Origin: Promethearchaeota archaeon
GTDB taxonomy: Archaea > Asgardarchaeota > Lokiarchaeia > Sigyniarchaeales > SOKP01
Length of the DNA stretch: 64,000 nt
Assembly (NCBI GenBank): GCA_016839765.1
Contig: JAEOTP010000016.1
Span: forward strand, 1 to 64,000
Reading direction: 5' to 3'
Positions 18,333 to 28,527 of this stretch are shown piece after piece (the first letter of the stretch is position 1; every line of letters begins with the position of its first letter). Below the pieces are notes generated by a model that saw nothing but the letters and a program-made list of their open reading frames with translations, did not search any database and was not told where the DNA came from. The translations under genes and the position numbers were made by a program.

Positions 18333-19844
18333 TTACTCCCAAAAATTAAATTTACCTCTACTCAATATCATATTTGGGTCTAAATTTTTTTTAATAGATG
18401 TCATTAAGTTATAAAATTCTTCTGAATAAGCTCCAATATCTACCATAAAACGAGATACATAATCACCCATCATATACCATTGCACTCCATGTCTAATTAC
18501 TCTTTCTAAGAGAGATTTCCATAGCTTTATGTTAGTTTCTTTGATTAAATCATGGATTTCACCATCATAATACCTCCAAAAGCTTACAAAACCAGCTGTT
18601 ATCTCAACATTATTACCATCTACTAATGGTACAGGTCCACTACCTGAAATCGGCCGAACATTGGTAATATCGAAAATTTTTCGCATATCTGATTCGTGCT
18701 CAATATCCCATTGATCAATGTCTTGTAAAATTTTAGGAAATGCAGAAATTGGACAAAAACACTCTGCTGATAATGGTTGCATTGATGGGTACATCCCCCA
18801 TAAATTATGATAAAATTGCCAATGCCCTTGTTCTGCATAATGCCATTTAGCAATATTACCGTCCTTAATCTCAGGGCCTAAAAATTCAGATTTCTTGCCT
18901 AATATTATCTCATCCAAATTTTTAACTCGTTCTTCTAATTCTATCTTACTATTTGCTTCAATAGTATAAAAGAACATACCAAGTTTACGTTTTATACCTT
19001 CCCATAATGGAAACATACCTCGTTCGGATCCAATAGCAACAACTACATCCGGAATAAACATAGCATCATAAACATCTATGCCTTTTTGCCTAATTTCGGT
19101 CATGATTTGAGCTGCTGTCTCAGCAGATTTTCGGGGCATCAAAAATGTTTTATAGTCTGCAAACTTTGGTTTAGGAAATATTTGTAGAGATACTTTTGTT
19201 TTAACCCCAAATATTCCATTGTCGCCACAAAATAATCCAGCTAAGTCAGGTCCATTTCCAAATCTATTAAACGGATATTTCGAAAATTTATTTGCTTGAG
19301 AACCAGTCTCTATAATTTCACCAGTAGGTAAGACTACTTCTAACGAAACTAATTGATTTGTACAAGCTCCATATTTTGCACAACCACCACCTCCCACAGA
19401 ATGATGGGAAATTCCTCCTCCAACAGAAGCAGACATTCCTGAACCAGGCCCCATACATCCTGTATAAAGCCCATAATGACAAAGATATTCATTTAATTTA
19501 CCCCATGAGATTCCGGCTTCTATTGTAACGATTAGATTATCCTCATCCAAATTAATAATATTATTCATTCTTTTCATGTCTAGAACAATACCACCATCTC
19601 CAATGGGTTTACTGCCGCCAAACTCACAGATTCCCCCACCGCGAGGTATGACCGGCATATTATTTTCATTCGCAACTTTAAGAATTTCTGAAATTTCTTT
19701 AGCATCTTTAGGTCTAATTACTATATCAGGCACACCTTGTAATACAAGATCTACATTTCTAGAGTAAGCGTGTCGTACATAAATGCTGTTAGAGAGAAAT
19801 TTTTTGGATACAATTTTTTCTAATTTTTGGTAAATTTCAGTCAT
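18333..19844 (-). CDS. FAD-binding oxidoreductase (GlcD/VAO family)
   Basis: PDIVIRP, PRGGG, ASVGG, LEVVLPTG, G..GIFGV.T, LDPNMIL. Confidence 0.9.
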   Translation of the reverse strand: MTEIYQKLEKIVSKKFLSNSIYVRHAYSRNVDLVLQGVPDIVIRPKDAKEISEILKVANENNMPVIPRGGGICEFGGSKPIGDGGIVLDMKRMNNIINLDEDNLIVTIEAGISWGKLNEYLCHYGLYTGCMGPGSGMSASVGGGISHHSVGGGGCAKYGACTNQLVSLEVVLPTGEIIETGSQANKFSKYPFNRFGNGPDLAGLFCGDNGIFGVKTKVSLQIFPKPKFADYKTFLMPRKSAETAAQIMTEIRQKGIDVYDAMFIPDVVVAIGSERGMFPLWEGIKRKLGMFFYTIEANSKIELEERVKNLDEIILGKKSEFLGPEIKDGNIAKWHYAEQGHWQFYHNLWGMYPSMQPLSAECFCPISAFPKILQDIDQWDIEHESDMRKIFDITNVRPISGSGPVPLVDGNNVEITAGFVSFWRYYDGEIHDLIKETNIKLWKSLLERVIRHGVQWYMMGDYVSRFMVDIGAYSEEFYNLMTSIKKNLDPNMILSRGKFNFWE

Positions 19845-19977
19845 AATTTTAACTTAAATGGCTAAATTAGTTATCTTGTTAATTTTATTTAATAAAAATT
19901 AATTCTTTTTATATTTATAACTTAACGAGTAGAAATTTTCATTTTTTAATATTTTACTATAAAAGGTTTTATAGAAG

Positions 19978-20571
19978 TTGAAAAAGAGAATAAAGTATAC
20001 AATCATCTTAATAATTTTTTTGCTTCTAACAATTCCTATTTATTTTAATGTGTTTACAGATTTTTTTTTTATTAACGAATTTAATATAATTATATCTGTA
20101 ATTCTTGTAATAGGTTTTTTGACACTCTTTTTAATCGGAAAAGTCATTGAAGTTTATGGTTATAATGCAGAAATTATTAAAGTAATGGAAAAGCATGATA
20201 TCATAAATTCATTTGTTGAAGGTAATAATAAAATTATCAGATGGTTAGGATTTCTTGTAATTATAATAATTGAAGAATTAGTTTTTAGATATTATTTAGT
20301 TGGACTATTAAACATTCAATCATATTTAGGAGAAATGCTAATAATCCTAATCTCAAGTATAATCTTTTCAATCTTTCATATCCATACTTGGTTTTCTTAT
20401 AAAAATGTAAGAATTTTGACTATCTTTCTTATCTATTCATTTTTCTTAGGATTATTTAATGGATATCTTCTTCTAACTTTAGGAATAATCCCTTGTATTC
20501 TAGTTCATTATAGTCTAGCTTCTATTCTATATTATGGTATTTATAAACGTTATTTTAAAGTTAAAACATAA
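19978..20571 (+). CDS. CPBP/Abi-family intramembrane metalloprotease
   Basis: EELVFR, FSIFH, ILVH; several TM helices. Confidence 0.85.
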   Translation: MKKRIKYTIILIIFLLLTIPIYFNVFTDFFFINEFNIIISVILVIGFLTLFLIGKVIEVYGYNAEIIKVMEKHDIINSFVEGNNKIIRWLGFLVIIIIEELVFRYYLVGLLNIQSYLGEMLIILISSIIFSIFHIHTWFSYKNVRILTIFLIYSFFLGLFNGYLLLTLGIIPCILVHYSLASILYYGIYKRYFKVKT

Positions 20572-20598
20572 AAAAAAATAATAAAAATATATTATAAA

Positions 20599-22329
20599 TT
20601 ATTTATTCCTTAAGGCTTTCTTGTCTACTTTACCAACAGTAGTCAATGGCATTTCTTTTATAATTTCGATAAATCTAGGAACCTTATATTTAGCTAAATT
20701 TTCTTGAGCGAATTTCATTATATCTGCCTTAGTTTCTTGTGAAGCTTCATATCCTTCCTTTAATAAAACATATAATTTTACTAACTCTGAACCCGGACGA
20801 TCTGGATCTGGAATGCCCACACTAGAACAAAGCTCAATTGCAGGATGTTTATTCATCTTATCGTCAACCTCTACGCTAAAGACTTTATAACCACTAACAA
20901 TTATCATATCTTTTGTACGATCGACAATTGTAATATATCCATCCTCATCCATAACTCCAACATCACCGGAATAAAACCAACCATCTTTAAGAGCATTTTC
21001 TGTTTCTTTTGGTTTATTCCAATAGCCACTAAATATTTGAGGACCTCGTATAGCAATCTCTCCTGGAGTACCTAAGGGAACTTCTTTACTCCTGTCCGTT
21101 ACATCTACTAATTTCACTTCTGTATTAGGAAATGGAACTCCTACAGTCCCAATTTTCTTTTTACCAAGGTAAGGATTCATTGTAACTCCAGGAGATGCTT
21201 CAGTCATCCCATAAGCTTCCACTACTTTACCTTTACCTGCGACTTCCTCAAATTCATTTATACTCTTTGTTGGGAATGGAGCTGCACCTGAGATATAACC
21301 TTGAACCGAACTCAGATCTATTTTTTTAAATTTCCGATTTTTTAAAAGCATCATATAGAGAGTTGGAACATTATACATTAGTAATATTCTACCTTCATAC
21401 TCTTTTATTTTACTTGTCATATAATTTGTATCACGAGGATCTGGTACTAAAATTTGAGCCCAAGCCATATAAACTGTTTGTATGCAAAATTGTAAACCTG
21501 CTAAATGAAAGAATGGAAATCCAGAAATATTTATAGCGCTACCTGGATCTGCTGAAGGTTCAAACCAATGTTCTACGATTTGTAACATTGATATTAGGTT
21601 TCTATGTGTTAATATTGCTCCTTTTGGAGGACCTGTAGTTCCACCTGTATATTGGAGAAGTAGCGTAGTATCAGGTTCAATTATTACATCAGGTCCTTCA
21701 TCACCTGAATATTTTTCCATTATTTCATTATAAGTAAAATATTTCAAACCCTCTATAGGTAAAACTTTCCCGAAAGGAACTTTTCCAATTTTTATTAATT
21801 GCTCTTTCATTGATGGTTCTAAATCCAAAATATCGGCTACATTTGTTGTTATTACAATCTTAACTTCTATACCTCCCATTAGAAGCGCTTCCCTAACTTT
21901 TTCCTCATAAAAAGAATCGAGTGTTATAATCGCAGCAGCTCCACAATCTTTTAATTGATAGTTGATCTCATTTGGAGATAAGAGGAAATTCATCCCTGAT
22001 GCAGCACAACTTGCACAGAAAGTACCAAATAATGCTACAATGAATTGAGGAATATTTGGCAGATTGATAACTACTCTATCCCCCTTTTTTATTCCATTTT
22101 GAGCAAGAAAGTTCGCAAAACTATTAATAAACCTTCCAGCTTCTCTAAAAGAAGCGCATGCACCTTGAAAATCATAACAAAGACTATCTGGATATTTATC
22201 AACTGTCCTTCTAAGCATTTCTGCTAATGAATAGATTTCTAAATCTAATATAGGTTTAACATGTTCATCATAAGATTTTAACCATATTTTATTGGAATAT
22301 GGACTGCCTTCCATCATTTTCTCAGCCAT
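20599..22329 (-). CDS. Long-chain fatty-acid--CoA ligase
   Basis: YTGGTTGPPKG, YGMTE, SGD, DRTKD, GKVDK. Confidence 0.93.
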   Translation of the reverse strand: MAEKMMEGSPYSNKIWLKSYDEHVKPILDLEIYSLAEMLRRTVDKYPDSLCYDFQGACASFREAGRFINSFANFLAQNGIKKGDRVVINLPNIPQFIVALFGTFCASCAASGMNFLLSPNEINYQLKDCGAAAIITLDSFYEEKVREALLMGGIEVKIVITTNVADILDLEPSMKEQLIKIGKVPFGKVLPIEGLKYFTYNEIMEKYSGDEGPDVIIEPDTTLLLQYTGGTTGPPKGAILTHRNLISMLQIVEHWFEPSADPGSAINISGFPFFHLAGLQFCIQTVYMAWAQILVPDPRDTNYMTSKIKEYEGRILLMYNVPTLYMMLLKNRKFKKIDLSSVQGYISGAAPFPTKSINEFEEVAGKGKVVEAYGMTEASPGVTMNPYLGKKKIGTVGVPFPNTEVKLVDVTDRSKEVPLGTPGEIAIRGPQIFSGYWNKPKETENALKDGWFYSGDVGVMDEDGYITIVDRTKDMIIVSGYKVFSVEVDDKMNKHPAIELCSSVGIPDPDRPGSELVKLYVLLKEGYEASQETKADIMKFAQENLAKYKVPRFIEIIKEMPLTTVGKVDKKALRNK

Positions 22330-22426
22330 TATTGATCATTTAAAAAATTTTTTAAGCAAATTTAACTACTTTTAATAGTATTTCTATTGTCGGATTTATA
22401 TTTAAAATTAATTATATGTTTTCTCG

Positions 22427-23500
22427 TTGATATATGTGTCTGATGAAACTTATTTGAAACTAAGAGATTTTCTAAATCAATTTCCTTTAGGGTTTCCTGA
22501 AACTTCTTCTCAAGTTGAATTAAAAATCTTAAAAAGGCTTTTTAATGAAGAAGAAGCAGAAATAGCGATAGTATTAACCCATATTCCTGAAGAGGCACAA
22601 AAAATTGCTAAAAGGATTGAGATGGATGTTAAATATTTGGAAGAAAAATTAGAATTAATGGCAAAAAAAGGGTTAATCTTTAGAATGAAAAGGGATAATA
22701 AAACCCTCTTTAATGCTATCCCTTTTATGATTGGTTTATATGAATATTCCGTTAAAAAAGTAGATAAAGAGCTTGCTAAGTATTATAAAGAATATTATGA
22801 TGCTGCATATCAAGATGAAATGGGTTTAAGCAATGTCCCGGGATTTAAAGTAGTCCCTATTGAAGAAACAATTGAACCAAATACTACACTTTATCCTTAC
22901 CATAAATTAAAAGAGAGTATTAAAAATGCAAGAGTAATATCTGTAACAGATTGCATTTGTCGTAAGGAAGCAAAATTAAATGGAGAAGGATGCGATTATC
23001 CTATTGAAACCTGTCTTAGTTTTGGAGTCGCTGCCGAATACTATATTGAAAATGGGATAGGAAGAGAAATAACTGCTGATGAGGCAATCAAAATTATCGA
23101 ACAAGCTGATGAAGCTGGCTTAGTTCATGCTGGAGCAAACTCTAAACATTTATCAAATATATGTAATTGCTGTCCTTGTTGTTGCGGATCAATGAAAGGA
23201 ATTACAAAGAAAGGACTTGACAAACATAAATTTATGAATGCCATGTTTGAATCAATTATAGATGAAGAAATCTGTATTAATTGCGGAACATGTGTTGAAC
23301 GGTGTCCTGTAGGAGCTATAGAAATGGAAAATATCGCTGTTGTATCAAGAAAAAAGTGTCTTGGATGTGGATTATGCGCTACAGCGTGTCCTGAAGACGC
23401 AATAACTTTACAGTTGAGAGAAGATGGAGAGGAACCTTTCAATCGAGTGATGGAGATGGGTTTGGCAATCCTAAAAGGAAAAAGAGAGAATCTTAATTAA
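22427..23500 (+). CDS. 4Fe-4S binding protein (wHTH N-terminus, Cys-rich core, 2x[4Fe-4S])
   Basis: CICR, C...C, ICNCCPCCC, CINCGTCVERCP, CLGCGLCATACP. Confidence 0.88.
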   Translation: MIYVSDETYLKLRDFLNQFPLGFPETSSQVELKILKRLFNEEEAEIAIVLTHIPEEAQKIAKRIEMDVKYLEEKLELMAKKGLIFRMKRDNKTLFNAIPFMIGLYEYSVKKVDKELAKYYKEYYDAAYQDEMGLSNVPGFKVVPIEETIEPNTTLYPYHKLKESIKNARVISVTDCICRKEAKLNGEGCDYPIETCLSFGVAAEYYIENGIGREITADEAIKIIEQADEAGLVHAGANSKHLSNICNCCPCCCGSMKGITKKGLDKHKFMNAMFESIIDEEICINCGTCVERCPVGAIEMENIAVVSRKKCLGCGLCATACPEDAITLQLREDGEEPFNRVMEMGLAILKGKRENLN

Positions 23501-23597
23501 ATTCATTTGAAAATCAAAAATTCTATAGTATCTTTTTTTATTAAATCAGCAATTCATAAGTTATTCTTAATAACTTAAAATAATTTGATTCATAATT

Positions 23598-24761
23598 ATG
23601 AGTAAAGTTGGCATTGCCACACTTCCTCTACATGGTTCTAAAGCTCCTGGTTGGCTTTTAAAAAGAATGGTTATTTTAGGAAGGCCAATTTTCAAAATCT
23701 TATATGATATGGAAGGGGCAGATGGTATAATTCGTCGATTATCTGATACATTTTGGTTTCAAGGTTTGGCTTGTATTCTAGGGTTTGACTGGCATTCAAG
23801 TGGTTGTACTACAGTCTTAGGAGGTGTCTTAAAACAGATTATTACTCCTGAGGAGCATGGATTAATTATTGCGGGGGGAAAAGGAAAAACTTCTTTAAAA
23901 ATAAAAGAACACTTAAAAAATAATGCAAAAAGGTTGGATTTTAGTGATGAAAACATTGAAGAACTAAGCAATATTAGCAGACTGGTGGCAAAAGTAGACA
24001 ATGCCGCAATTCAGGATGGCTTTTCTTTATATCATCACTTAATGTTAGTTTCGGAAAAAAATTGGGGAATTATTCAACAAGGGCTTGATACAAATATAAG
24101 AAAAGCTAGAAGGTATCATTGGATATCTGAAGGATTAGAAAGTTATTTGGATGATCCTCATAGTGATATTAACACAGAAGTATATAAAGATAAAGTACTC
24201 AATATGGCATCAAAAGAGAGTTCAGATTGCAGAAAAGTTTCTATTGATCTAATATCAGAGGGATCAAAATCAATTCGGCGTTATTTGACAAAACTAAAAA
24301 ATAAAAACCAAACAAGTTTACAGGATTTTATGATAAATAGTGATAAAATCAAATTACAAAAGATTTCAAACTTGAATATGCCAATACCATTCACCTTAAA
24401 ATGGGAATGCGTGGAAATGGCCAAAGAACTGACTACAAATGATTATACAGAATTATTAAAAATTCAAGGGATCGGTCCTGGAATGATAAGAGCTTTAGCT
24501 CTTATATCAGAATTTATATGGGGTCAGCCTCCAAGCTGGAAGGACCCTGCCAAGTATTCTTTTGCTGTTGGAGGGAAAGATGGAATTCCCTATCCTGTGA
24601 ATTTAAAAAGAATGGAACAATGTGCTGAGATTTTAGAAGAAGCAATAGATTTATCTCACTTAAAGGAGAATGAAAAACTTAATGCTTTAAAAAGATTACA
24701 TAAATATAAGAGTAGAGCTAACGACTATTTTCTACCTAATAGGGAAATGACATTTTATTGA
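23598..24761 (+). CDS. DUF763 family protein
   Basis: LPLHG.KAP.WL, GFDWHSSG, AKVDNAAIQDG, DPAKYSFAVGGKDGIPYPV. Confidence 0.9.
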   Translation: MSKVGIATLPLHGSKAPGWLLKRMVILGRPIFKILYDMEGADGIIRRLSDTFWFQGLACILGFDWHSSGCTTVLGGVLKQIITPEEHGLIIAGGKGKTSLKIKEHLKNNAKRLDFSDENIEELSNISRLVAKVDNAAIQDGFSLYHHLMLVSEKNWGIIQQGLDTNIRKARRYHWISEGLESYLDDPHSDINTEVYKDKVLNMASKESSDCRKVSIDLISEGSKSIRRYLTKLKNKNQTSLQDFMINSDKIKLQKISNLNMPIPFTLKWECVEMAKELTTNDYTELLKIQGIGPGMIRALALISEFIWGQPPSWKDPAKYSFAVGGKDGIPYPVNLKRMEQCAEILEEAIDLSHLKENEKLNALKRLHKYKSRANDYFLPNREMTFY

Positions 24762-24793
24762 AAATAAAATAAAAAAAGAGAAATAAAAAGAGT

Positions 24794-25318
24794 TTAATAT
24801 TGTTCTACTTCAATTATATTGGCTTTGAATCCTTTACCGCAATGAGCACAATAGGCTACTCTTCTATCAGCTAATTGCTGATGCATTCTTTCAGTAAACT
24901 CAGCACCACATTCAGTACAGTAAGCAGCATTAGATTCAAGTTCATAAAATTCTTTTATTACTGGTCGTATATGTTCTACTTCTGGTTCTTTTTGTACTTG
25001 GGGAAAAACTTGTTGTTCTTCTTGTTCTTGTTTAATTGGTCTGGGTTTACCTGAAATGAGATAATATAATGCCTCAAATAGTTTGTAGAATAGGAGTCCA
25101 ATACTTTTTAGGAGAAGATAGGTACCTTTTAGAATATAATAAACTAAGTATGCAACTCCTTTTAATATATAGTAAACCAGAATGACAGTAAGAACCAATA
25201 TCGCAGCAATTCCAATAACAACTAATACTTGACCATAAAGAGGAATAGTTAAAAACCAATTCATAAATTCTTCCCAATAATACATAGCAGTTTCAGCAAC
25301 CTTATTCCAATCAACCAT
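24794..25318 (-). CDS. Membrane protein with C-terminal zinc ribbon
   Basis: Long N-terminal hydrophobic segment; YCTECG...YCAHCG. Confidence 0.75.
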   Translation of the reverse strand: MVDWNKVAETAMYYWEEFMNWFLTIPLYGQVLVVIGIAAILVLTVILVYYILKGVAYLVYYILKGTYLLLKSIGLLFYKLFEALYYLISGKPRPIKQEQEEQQVFPQVQKEPEVEHIRPVIKEFYELESNAAYCTECGAEFTERMHQQLADRRVAYCAHCGKGFKANIIEVEQY

Positions 25319-25445
25319 CTATTTACCACCTTTATTGAAATTTTTTGTATTTTTAATTATTGAGTGTTTTTAGCGGAATAAAAAAAATTTGGAGTCCAAT
25401 TTTTGGGATTATCCTAAATAGGTTAAAAAATAAGGTGTACTAAAT

Positions 25446-26831
25446 TTAACAATTTGATTTCTTAAAATCGTACATCATTTTAAATGCTTTAATGGTATGA
25501 TTTATTTGAGTCATTATAGGAATGTTATATTTATCAGTATATTTTAAAAAATAATCTACAACCCATCTTGAACCAAAAACGCAAGTGATAATTGGTTTCT
25601 CGTATTTATATGAAAGTTTTTTCATATCTTTCATATGGGGCATAATTGGTATAGAAAAGGTTTGAAGCGGTTTTTTAGGGACTGCAAAAATATATAATAA
25701 TGCATCAACATTTTTATCTTCAAATAAAGCATTTAAAGCAGGGCGAAATGTAGAGAATAACGAGGGTCCTAAATCCACAGGGTTATTTATCGATGTCCAT
25801 GTGGGAGAAATTGATTCTAAAGCTTTAACCGTATGTTTATCTAATATTGCGAGTTTTAATCCTAACTTTTCAATTAGATCGCATGCAAGTATACCTAAAC
25901 TTCCCGATGTAGTTATTATTGCAATATTTTTTCCCTTAGGTAGAGGTTGATTGGCAAACACTTGTGCGATATTAAACATCTCAAAAAAATCAGTAACTCG
26001 AAATACATTTGGAAATTTTTTAAAAACTGCATCATATATTTTATCATTACCAGCAATAGAGCCTGTATGGCTTTTTATTGCTCTTGATCCTGAATCACTA
26101 CGTCCATTTTTTAAGATTAATACTGGTTTACTCATCTTTTTGAAAACTTTTAATAATTCTTGACCTCTTTTAACCCCCTCTAAGTAAATTGTGATTACAT
26201 CTGTATTTGGATCCTTTTCAAGGTATTCTAGCATATCAACCTCATCAACATCAACTTTATTCCCTAAAGTTATTGATTTAGAAAAACTAATTTTTTGATT
26301 AGACCCCCAATCAATAAAGATATTCCCTAATACTCCAGATTGAGCAATTATCGAAATTTTTCCTCCCTCTAATGTGTCACTAAAGTCTACTTCAGCACTA
26401 GTGAACTTGTTATAGAAATTCGTTACACCAACGCAGTTTGGACCTATAATCCTGATTCCAGTAGTTTTGGCAATTCTTTCAATTTCATTTTGGATTTCAA
26501 TATACTTTTTAATCCCTGTTTCAGTAAATCCAGCAGATTCGATAATAATACCCTTAACTCCTTTTTCCACACAATTTTTTACTGATTCAAGGACCATATC
26601 GTTATTAACAATAATAATTGCTAAGTCAATATCCTCCGGAATTTCCGCAACATTTTTATAAGTCTTATGCCCAAAAATAGTATCTTTATTAGGGTTCACT
26701 GGATAAGTTTTAAAATCAGATTGTAAGAGATATTCGGTTGTCCAATATCCAAATTTAAATGATTCTGAAGCACCAATAAGGGCAATAGATTTTGGTTCAA
26801 AAAATACATCCATATTAGAAATAGAAATCAC
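25446..26831 (-). CDS. ADP-forming acyl-CoA synthetase alpha subunit
   Basis: PKSIALIGAS, IIGPNC, SQ/AQSG, SHTGSIAG (catalytic His), NPVD. Confidence 0.9.
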   Translation of the reverse strand: MISISNMDVFFEPKSIALIGASESFKFGYWTTEYLLQSDFKTYPVNPNKDTIFGHKTYKNVAEIPEDIDLAIIIVNNDMVLESVKNCVEKGVKGIIIESAGFTETGIKKYIEIQNEIERIAKTTGIRIIGPNCVGVTNFYNKFTSAEVDFSDTLEGGKISIIAQSGVLGNIFIDWGSNQKISFSKSITLGNKVDVDEVDMLEYLEKDPNTDVITIYLEGVKRGQELLKVFKKMSKPVLILKNGRSDSGSRAIKSHTGSIAGNDKIYDAVFKKFPNVFRVTDFFEMFNIAQVFANQPLPKGKNIAIITTSGSLGILACDLIEKLGLKLAILDKHTVKALESISPTWTSINNPVDLGPSLFSTFRPALNALFEDKNVDALLYIFAVPKKPLQTFSIPIMPHMKDMKKLSYKYEKPIITCVFGSRWVVDYFLKYTDKYNIPIMTQINHTIKAFKMMYDFKKSNC

Positions 26832-26898
26832 GATTTAACTTTTTAATTTAGAAATTAATATATAGATTACCTTGAGCAAATAAAAATTATTGTGAAGT
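26814..26898. repeat. Imperfect direct repeat, copy 1 (promoter region)
   Basis: attagaaatagaaatcac..atttaactttttaatttagaaattaatatatagattaccttgagcaaataaaaattatt.gtgaagt matches 27696-27797. Confidence 0.75.
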
Positions 26899-26961
26899 TA
26901 TAATTATTCCAGAATAAACTTAACAGAAATCAAATTTAAAAATAAAAAAGAATTTTGATTT

Positions 26962-27585
26962 TTATTTACTATGATTTTTTCGTTTCTCTCTCATTATTGT
27001 AAAAATTATAGTGATGCATGTTATTACGCTACTTCCTAAAAGAAGAGGAATATCATAACTAGGAATTCCTCTAGGAGTTTCATACACATCTTCAAAAGAA
27101 TATGAGAAGTTTGTGCTTAGCATATCTTCATCTGCGTTTAAAAAGATAAAATAATAGCCCACTTCTCCAGTACCTTTTCCCCAATATGGATTTTCCCAAG
27201 TTCGATCTTGAACTGATACCTCATCTTTAGAGAGAACTATATAATCTGATTGATAGAGATCATAAAAAAGGCTAAAATCTTCATTTTGATCGTAAAAATC
27301 TCCTATAGAACTATCTGAGATTGCTAAAAAATCGATTAAAACATTTATGTTTGAACTAGTGTAATTGTATTTAACACCCTTAAGATGTAACCCTCCATAA
27401 TATCCAAGTGATATATATTCTCCAAAATCTAACGGTACATCGCTCGCTACGGAATTAATATTCAAAGTATATGGTGAACCTTTTGTGTTAATCCCCGAAG
27501 AATAAATATAACTAAAGAAAGGTAAGAGTGTACTAATTAATCCTATAAAACAAAGAATAAATTTATAGTTTAGATTTTTCTTCAT
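26962..27585 (-). CDS. Surface protein with signal peptide and Loki-CTERM-like C-terminal anchor
   Basis: N-terminal hydrophobic leader; GIPSYDIPLLLG + TM + basic tail REKRK. Confidence 0.75.
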   Translation of the reverse strand: MKKNLNYKFILCFIGLISTLLPFFSYIYSSGINTKGSPYTLNINSVASDVPLDFGEYISLGYYGGLHLKGVKYNYTSSNINVLIDFLAISDSSIGDFYDQNEDFSLFYDLYQSDYIVLSKDEVSVQDRTWENPYWGKGTGEVGYYFIFLNADEDMLSTNFSYSFEDVYETPRGIPSYDIPLLLGSSVITCITIIFTIMREKRKNHSK

Positions 27586-27695
27586 GATTTTTGCCTCACA
27601 GAGACGTTTTTGATGTTATTAAATAATAATAAAAATTCGTAATCGAATATTTAATATTTGTTATCATATTAAATTTTCAAAAAAAGTAATTCTAA

Positions 27696-27797
27696 ATTAG
27701 AAATAGAAACCACTTTTTAGTCGGACTATTTAACTTTTAATTTAGAAACAAATATATAAATTACCTTAAGTAAATACGAAATTATTTTTAGTGAAGT
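27696..27797. repeat. Imperfect direct repeat, copy 2
   Basis: attagaaatagaaaccac...atttaacttttaatttagaaacaaatatataaattaccttaagtaaatacgaaattatt....gtgaagt. Confidence 0.75.
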
Positions 27798-27801
27798 AAT
27801 T

Positions 27802-28329
27802 TTGGTAATTGTTAACATTATATGTCCGATATGTAAAAAGTGTAAGGGTATCAATATTCCCGAGTTCATAAATCCTCAAAAATCACATTTACTTACCATC
27901 TCAATACCAAAAGGAATGATTTGTGAACATCATTTTCAGGTATTTGTAGACAAAAACTATAACATTCGGGGATACCAAAAAGTAGACATCGAATTAAAAA
28001 ATAGTGTTATTAATAGAGATTTGGAGGACCATGACATATCAAAGCACTTCACAATTGAAGATAATCTTATTAAATTTGATCCAAAATCTATTAATTACAA
28101 CAAGGAAGACGCTTTAGAAATAGAAGATAAATTTGATAAGAATAAAGTGATGTCTCTAAAAGACATTTATAATGAATTTTGGGAATTTATTGATAATAAA
28201 AATTCCTTTTTCAGTGAGTTTATAAAACATGATAAAAGAAGAAAAATTTCAGACCTAGAAAATGAGAATTTGAATGTTAAGGATTTTATCTTGAGTCTCG
28301 AAAATGAAATCCAAAACAATAATCCCTAA
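27802..28329 (+). CDS. Hypothetical protein with N-terminal Zn-binding domain
   Basis: CPIC...ICEHHFQVFVDKNYNIRGYQKVD. Confidence 0.75.
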   Translation: MVIVNIICPICKKCKGINIPEFINPQKSHLLTISIPKGMICEHHFQVFVDKNYNIRGYQKVDIELKNSVINRDLEDHDISKHFTIEDNLIKFDPKSINYNKEDALEIEDKFDKNKVMSLKDIYNEFWEFIDNKNSFFSEFIKHDKRRKISDLENENLNVKDFILSLENEIQNNNP

Positions 28330-28527
28330 AAAAAAGGAGAATTTGAATTTTTAAAACTGTTATCTTTTTTTAAAATATTTGTATACTGACATTAAGTTTT
28401 TAAGATAGAAAATTTACTAATCTTTTATATAGAGCTACATAATTTCTAAAATTTAATCATTTAAAAATAAATTTTAATCATTCTTGATTAAGATTTAATT
28501 TAATTAACCCTTTGAGAGTATTATGGA

